Source of the DNA: Anthoceros angustus
Taxonomy: Eukaryota > Plantae > Anthocerotophyta
Reading direction: 5' to 3'
Assembly (NCBI GenBank): GCA_010909165.1
Contig: MU008173.1
Span: 1,178,001 to 1,242,000, forward strand
DNA length: 64,000 nt
A program made the translations under genes and the position numbers. Below, one piece after another: positions 59,646-64,000 of the stretch. Positions within the stretch are counted from its first letter, which is position 1. Every line of letters begins with the position of its first letter. The notes beneath the pieces are model-generated. The model was not told the DNA's origin and made no database searches. It worked only from the letters and a program-made list of their open reading frames with translations.

Positions 59646-61436
59646 TCAGAGGCGAGAGTCCGGCACGATGCGGACGATGCCTCGGTACGCCTCGAGCGTA
59701 AGGAAATCGTCGAGCTTGTCCTTGAGGCACTGGGCGACGAAGAGCTGGGCGGCCTGGTGATAGCGGCCGCTGCGGAAGTGGGCGGGGCCCACCTCGCGGT
59801 GCACTCTGGCGAGCTCCTCCTCCACGACGCGCCCAAAGAGCTGCCTGGTGACGCGCACGGGGACTGGCTCGCCGTCCAGCAGCGCGCCGTAGTGAATCCA
59901 CTGCCAATTCTGCACCCGACTGATCTCGGCCGTTGCCGCATCCTCCATGAGGTTGTAGAGCGGCACGGAGCCCGTCCCTCCCAGCCACGCCGCCAGGTAC
60001 TGGATCCCAACGCGGGTGTTGAGGCGCAGCCCCTCCAGCGACCGCTTCCCCCTCGGCATCTCAAGCAGATCCTCCTGCGTCGCCTTCACATCGTCCCGCC
60101 GCACCCCCAGCTGGTTCTCCCCCGGCATGTTCTGGTCGAACACCTCCAGCACCAGCGGGATGAGCCCCGGGTGCGCCGCCCAGGTCCCGTCGTGGCCGGC
60201 CCGGACCTCCCGGAGCTTGTCTGCCCGCACCAGGGCCAGCGCCGCGTCGTTGGCCGCCTTGTCGTCCTTGATCGGGATCTGGGCCGCCTGGGATCAAGCA
60301 AGGTGTGTACAGACTCAGTGGGGTGAAAGAGAAGGAAACGCTGGAAGAACATTGTGCAGGGCACCCACCATGCCTCCCATGGCCTGGACGCCGCGCTCGT
60401 GGCACGTCTTGATGAGGAGCTCGGTGTAGGTCCTGAGGAAGCCCTGGGTCATGCCGACCTGGACGCGGTCGGGGAGGAGGCGGTCGGGGTGGTTGCGGAA
60501 CGTCTTGACGAAGGAGAAGATGTAGTCCCAGCGGCCGCAGTTGAGGCCGGCGGAGTGATCCCGCAGCTCGAACAGGATCTCGTGCATCTGGAACACGGCC
60601 GGGAGCGTCTCGATGAGGACGGTGGCGCGGACGGAGCCTCTCGGGCGCCCACGGCGACCTCGGCGGCCTCGAACACGGCGTTCCAGATGGCGGCCTCCCG
60701 GGAGTGCTCCATCTTGGGAGGTAGAAGAAGGCCGCTGCCGCCGTGCTTGCTGCGGAAGGCGCCGTGGTTGTGGTAGAAGTAGAGGCCGAAGTCGACGAGG
60801 GCGGCCACGGCGGGCTGCCCGTCCACCTCCACGTGCGCCTCGCGGAGGTGCCACCCGCGGGGCGCACCATCAGCACGGCGGTCACGTCATTCAGCTTGTA
60901 GCTTCTGTTGCGCTCGGGGTCGTGGTGGGTGATGCTCCCGCCACCGCGTCCTGGAGATTGAGCTGCCCTTGCACCACGTTGTCCCAGGTCGGGGACAGGG
61001 AGTCCTCGAAGTCCGCCATGAACACCTTGGCGCCGGAGTTGAGCGCGTTGATGATCATCTTGCGCTCCACGGGGCCAGTGATCTCCACCCGCCGGTCCGA
61101 CAGCGCGTGCGGCAGCGGCGCGCACGTCCACTGCCCCGCCGCACCTCCTCCGTGGCCGGGTCCCATCCCGGAGCTCGCCCCGTCGTAGCGCGCCTGCTGC
61201 TGCTCCCGCGCCCGCAGGGCGTACTCCACCCGCGGCCCGAAGCCGCGCTGCAGGTCGGCCACGAACTGCAGCGCCCCGCGGGTCAGGACCCGCTCGTAGC
61301 CCGGCCGGAGCGCGCCCCGGATGCGCACTCCCGCTGGGAGCCCGTGCCCGGGCCCGTGCTTGTGGCTATGGTCATGGTTGTTGTGGTGCCCAGGCCCAAG
61401 CCGAGGCCCGCACGGTTCCTGCTCCCCGCCGCCCAT
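59646..61436 (-). CDS. MLS: Glyoxysomal malate synthase; one intron (60368-60288); several apparent 1-nt frameshifts, probably sequence errors; start uncertain (61436, 61490 or further upstream)
   Basis: [58 protein letters not shown]|[17 protein letters not shown]; C-terminal PTS1 SRL*. Confidence 0.93.
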
Positions 61437-62144
61437 CTGCTGATTCTGCTGGTTTCCGTGCCCGAGCAGCACCAAAGCCGTCTGGCGCATCTCTACACCT
61501 GGGCTCCGACCCCAGTGATCGTTCTCCTCTCCCACCTTCTGCCTCGGCGGGTCTGCCTGCGTGTGCATGCACGAGTGCACGCCTGCTTCCCTCACAAGTA
61601 CTCCCCTGCTGAAGTGGCACGCCGATGAGGATGAGCCGGCAGCACCGCCCGCCGAAACCACCTCGCCTCCCGCTCGATCGATCACCCGATTCGCCCCGCG
61701 CTTGCCACCTCTTATCCCCTCCACCCAACTCACACAAAATCTCGCAGCCATGGCGCCGAGATTGTAGCCGTGACCCGTGACCGACGTCCATGTCTGCTGC
61801 TTCTGGAATCCGACGCCCATTGCGGCCGCCACCGCCCTCGAATCTCGAATTTTACCTTCCTCTCTTTAGTTTCATTAACTTATTGTTACTCTTTTAGTTT
61901 ACGAAATGTTAAGACTCTAGGAAAAGTCAGGTAGGTAACAGATTACGTGATGACAAAGCTGACACAAGTTTTTGTCACATGATGCGCAGTCATTGTCGTG
62001 CCTACTATCACCATCTTTGTTGCATACCAATGTGTGTAGTTTGCTGCAATCCAGTGGAGCATGATGAATCGGGAGTAGCAGGAGCAGGATGCATGTCTGA
62101 AGAATGCCAGATGTAGGAGAGGGTTGATGACTTGAGTGCCATCA

Positions 62145-63611
62145 TCATGGCAGGGGAGGGGTGGAGGCGGAGATGAGCTCTTGATACCCGTAGCGAGTTG
62201 GTTGTCGAAACATGTCAGGGGAAGGGGATTGCCTCCCTCTCCTTGTGCGGTGCCTGTTGTATGCGCCCCAGGCAACAAATCCCAACAGTGACAGCAACGC
62301 CAGGCACATGGAGCCGAACACGCCCACAATCAGCCTGCCGTGCATCGTGCCACTGTTTTGTGTTCCGGGCTCTTGTTGGTCTTGTTCTACAATAGATGAT
62401 TCTTTGGCTCTCTTTTCCTGGCTGGCGTCCCCGGACACCAGCACTCCAGGGTGCTCCTGGTCGGGCTCAGGCCAGCTCTGGACGTCGTCGTCCTTGTTAG
62501 GGCTGGAGTTCTCTCTATCCTGCTGCGAGGCAGGGGGGGAAGGGTGTTTGTACGTGGGCTTGTCTTGGTGGAAGGGAGTGATGGTGGCTGGATCATGCTC
62601 GTCTAGATCGTCGTCCGGTTCTTCCATGGCTTGGTGCTGGTCCGTCACAGCCCTGTTGTTGTTGTTGTTGTTCTTGTCGTCGGCATCGAAGTCGCAGAGC
62701 TTGAAGGGATAGCCCTCCTCCCCTTTCCCGCTCCCGAAGCACCACGAGTGGATGAGATGCTTCAGGGGGTTGTCCCCGGCCGAGGAGCTGAAGCCCACGA
62801 ACATGTTGTGGTTCACCAGGCTGCGCAGATCCAAATCCAAGGAAAGCAGAGGCACTGCGGGCCGGGGGCTCCCGTCCCTCCCCAGCCGCACCTCCAGCAG
62901 CTTCCTGAACGCATCGTAGTCGATCCAGGCCAGCAGCCTTTCCCCGCCCGCGAGCCTGACGCCCACGTCGGAAGCATTTCCCGTGGCCACAGACACCAAG
63001 CTCTCGATGTCCACGCCCACGTGGTTGTCGTTGGGGTCCAGAAACTCGGGATTCCAAAAGCAGTCCAACTCCACGGCGAAAACCTGCGGAGCCGATCTCC
63101 GATGCACCCACCCCGCCGCCGCCTCCTGCATCTCGTCCAGCGACACCATCCCCAGAGAGCCCCAGTCCAGAGACACGTTGTCGGGAACCAGGACGAAGGC
63201 GAACCCATCTCCCGGCGCACCCCCCCTCTCCCTCTCCCGCCCCCTCCTCAGCCGTTCCCGCACCATGGAGAAGGAGAAGGCGGTGGAGAAGGAGGCGAAG
63301 GTGGTGCCGTACTCCTCCTCCGTCTGCAGCGGCACCGGCTTCTTCCACAGGAAACGGCCCACTGTCCGCTTCTGGGACCCGGAAAGCTGCACCGCTACGG
63401 AGGAATTGGGACTGCTGTGATCCGGAACCATCTGCGCATCTCCTAGGCTGATGAAGTCATCGTCGCCACCATCGCCTCGGAATGACCCAACAGAGAAGGC
63501 GAATTGGGCACCAGCAGGCGCATCGGACGCCGCTGCGAGCCTGAGAAGCATGAGCAGAAGCAAAGGCGGGAGATGAGACCGCCATCTCCGGCAGCCTTCA
63601 CAAGGACCCAT
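62145..63611 (-). CDS. L-type (legume) lectin receptor-like protein: signal peptide, lectin domain, acidic stalk, TM, no kinase; 488 aa
   Basis: SFSTAFSFSM, PGDGFAFVL, FAVELD..N.EF.DPNDNHVGVDI, AWIDYDA, MFVGFSSS; TM LIVGVFGSMCLALLSLLGFVAWGAY; stop shortly after PTRYGYQEL. Confidence 0.88.
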   Translation of the reverse strand: MGPCEGCRRWRSHLPPLLLLMLLRLAAASDAPAGAQFAFSVGSFRGDGGDDDFISLGDAQMVPDHSSPNSSVAVQLSGSQKRTVGRFLWKKPVPLQTEEEYGTTFASFSTAFSFSMVRERLRRGRERERGGAPGDGFAFVLVPDNVSLDWGSLGMVSLDEMQEAAAGWVHRRSAPQVFAVELDCFWNPEFLDPNDNHVGVDIESLVSVATGNASDVGVRLAGGERLLAWIDYDAFRKLLEVRLGRDGSPRPAVPLLSLDLDLRSLVNHNMFVGFSSSAGDNPLKHLIHSWCFGSGKGEEGYPFKLCDFDADDKNNNNNNRAVTDQHQAMEEPDDDLDEHDPATITPFHQDKPTYKHPSPPASQQDRENSSPNKDDDVQSWPEPDQEHPGVLVSGDASQEKRAKESSIVEQDQQEPGTQNSGTMHGRLIVGVFGSMCLALLSLLGFVAWGAYNRHRTRRGRQSPSPDMFRQPTRYGYQELISASTPPLP

Positions 63612-64000
63612 CACGGAAGCGGCGGAGAAGCAGCAGGAGACGCAGAGCCAGCAAGGGCTGGTGCTGGTGTTGGTGAGAGGGCCTCCGCGTGGCCAGAGTG
63701 GCGCGCGCAGAACGCAGACAACCCACCTGGCGTACCCGCAATGCGCAACGAAACAGGCGCTGAAACCCGTGATGGGTCCCAGAGGCAGGATATGGAGGTG
63801 CCAGCGTGGGTGGCTGTCGCACTGCTCTTCTCCGCCCCTTCCCCCGACCCCCGGACGCATCCTGATAGCTGCGTTTTAACTGCACTATTACCAGCTCTGC
63901 CGTTGCCTGTGAGCTGCTGCGGCGGGGGATCTTTTTCTGATTGTTGCCGGGATTCCTGCTTAAGGGATCTGAGATGGTGCTCGCACTCTGGTAGCTGCAG

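Noticed and set aside
59646-61436. Bacterial horizontally transferred malate synthase
   Set aside because: It has a spliceosomal GT-AG intron and a peroxisomal SRL signal, typical of plant MLS.
61943-62329. Frameshift-hidden kinase domain downstream of the lectin TM
   Set aside because: No GxGxxG, HRD or DFG motif seen in the downstream sequence or its ORF track, and there is not enough space before malate synthase.
58555-63446. Long antisense or alternate-frame ORFs over NSE4, MLS and the lectin gene (e.g. 58555-59166, 58646-59431, 60969-61628, 62631-63446)
   Set aside because: These are shadow ORFs expected from high GC3 coding sequence; no recognisable motifs.
1-64000. rRNA or tRNA genes
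   Set aside because: None recognised by eye; a tRNAscan-SE/Infernal run would be needed to exclude them formally.

Overview
Eukaryotic land-plant nuclear DNA. Short introns (about 80 bp) and tightly packed GC-rich genes suggest a hornwort- or lycophyte-like gene architecture, but the lineage is a low-confidence inference. A compact gene cluster at 51.5-63.6 kb holds a DOMON-cytochrome b561 gene, a HAL3 pseudogene, CMC2, BRIZ/BRAP2, an intronless NSE4, malate synthase and a kinase-less L-type lectin receptor. One intact HAL3/PPCDC gene (25-918) lies apart from this cluster, across about 50 kb of nested transposons. These comprise two related Ty1/copia copies (A1, A2), two other copia families (B, D), an unclassified coiled-coil-ORF host repeat (C), two TIR elements with an unusual shared end structure, a hAT MITE, MULE and Sola2-like fragments and a 5'-truncated LINE. 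An AT-rich RING-H2 ORF sits among them. Best leads: (1) CMC2 stops only 46 nt upstream of the HAL3 ATG, which suggests a bicistronic locus; the locus was duplicated and degenerated reciprocally, one copy keeping HAL3 and the other CMC2. (2) Two non-autonomous DNA transposons have 5'-AACAGCGTCT-N8-AGGGGTT termini and 4-bp TSDs that I cannot assign to a superfamily. (3) The copia A family carries an antisense ORF with synonymous-biased divergence. (4) Two codon-contiguous halves of a MULE transposase lie 30.6 kb apart in opposite orientation. Caveat: the TE portion shows systematic CAG/CTG-context errors and many microhomology-bounded tandem duplications. Some frameshifts and duplications may therefore be long-read consensus artefacts.
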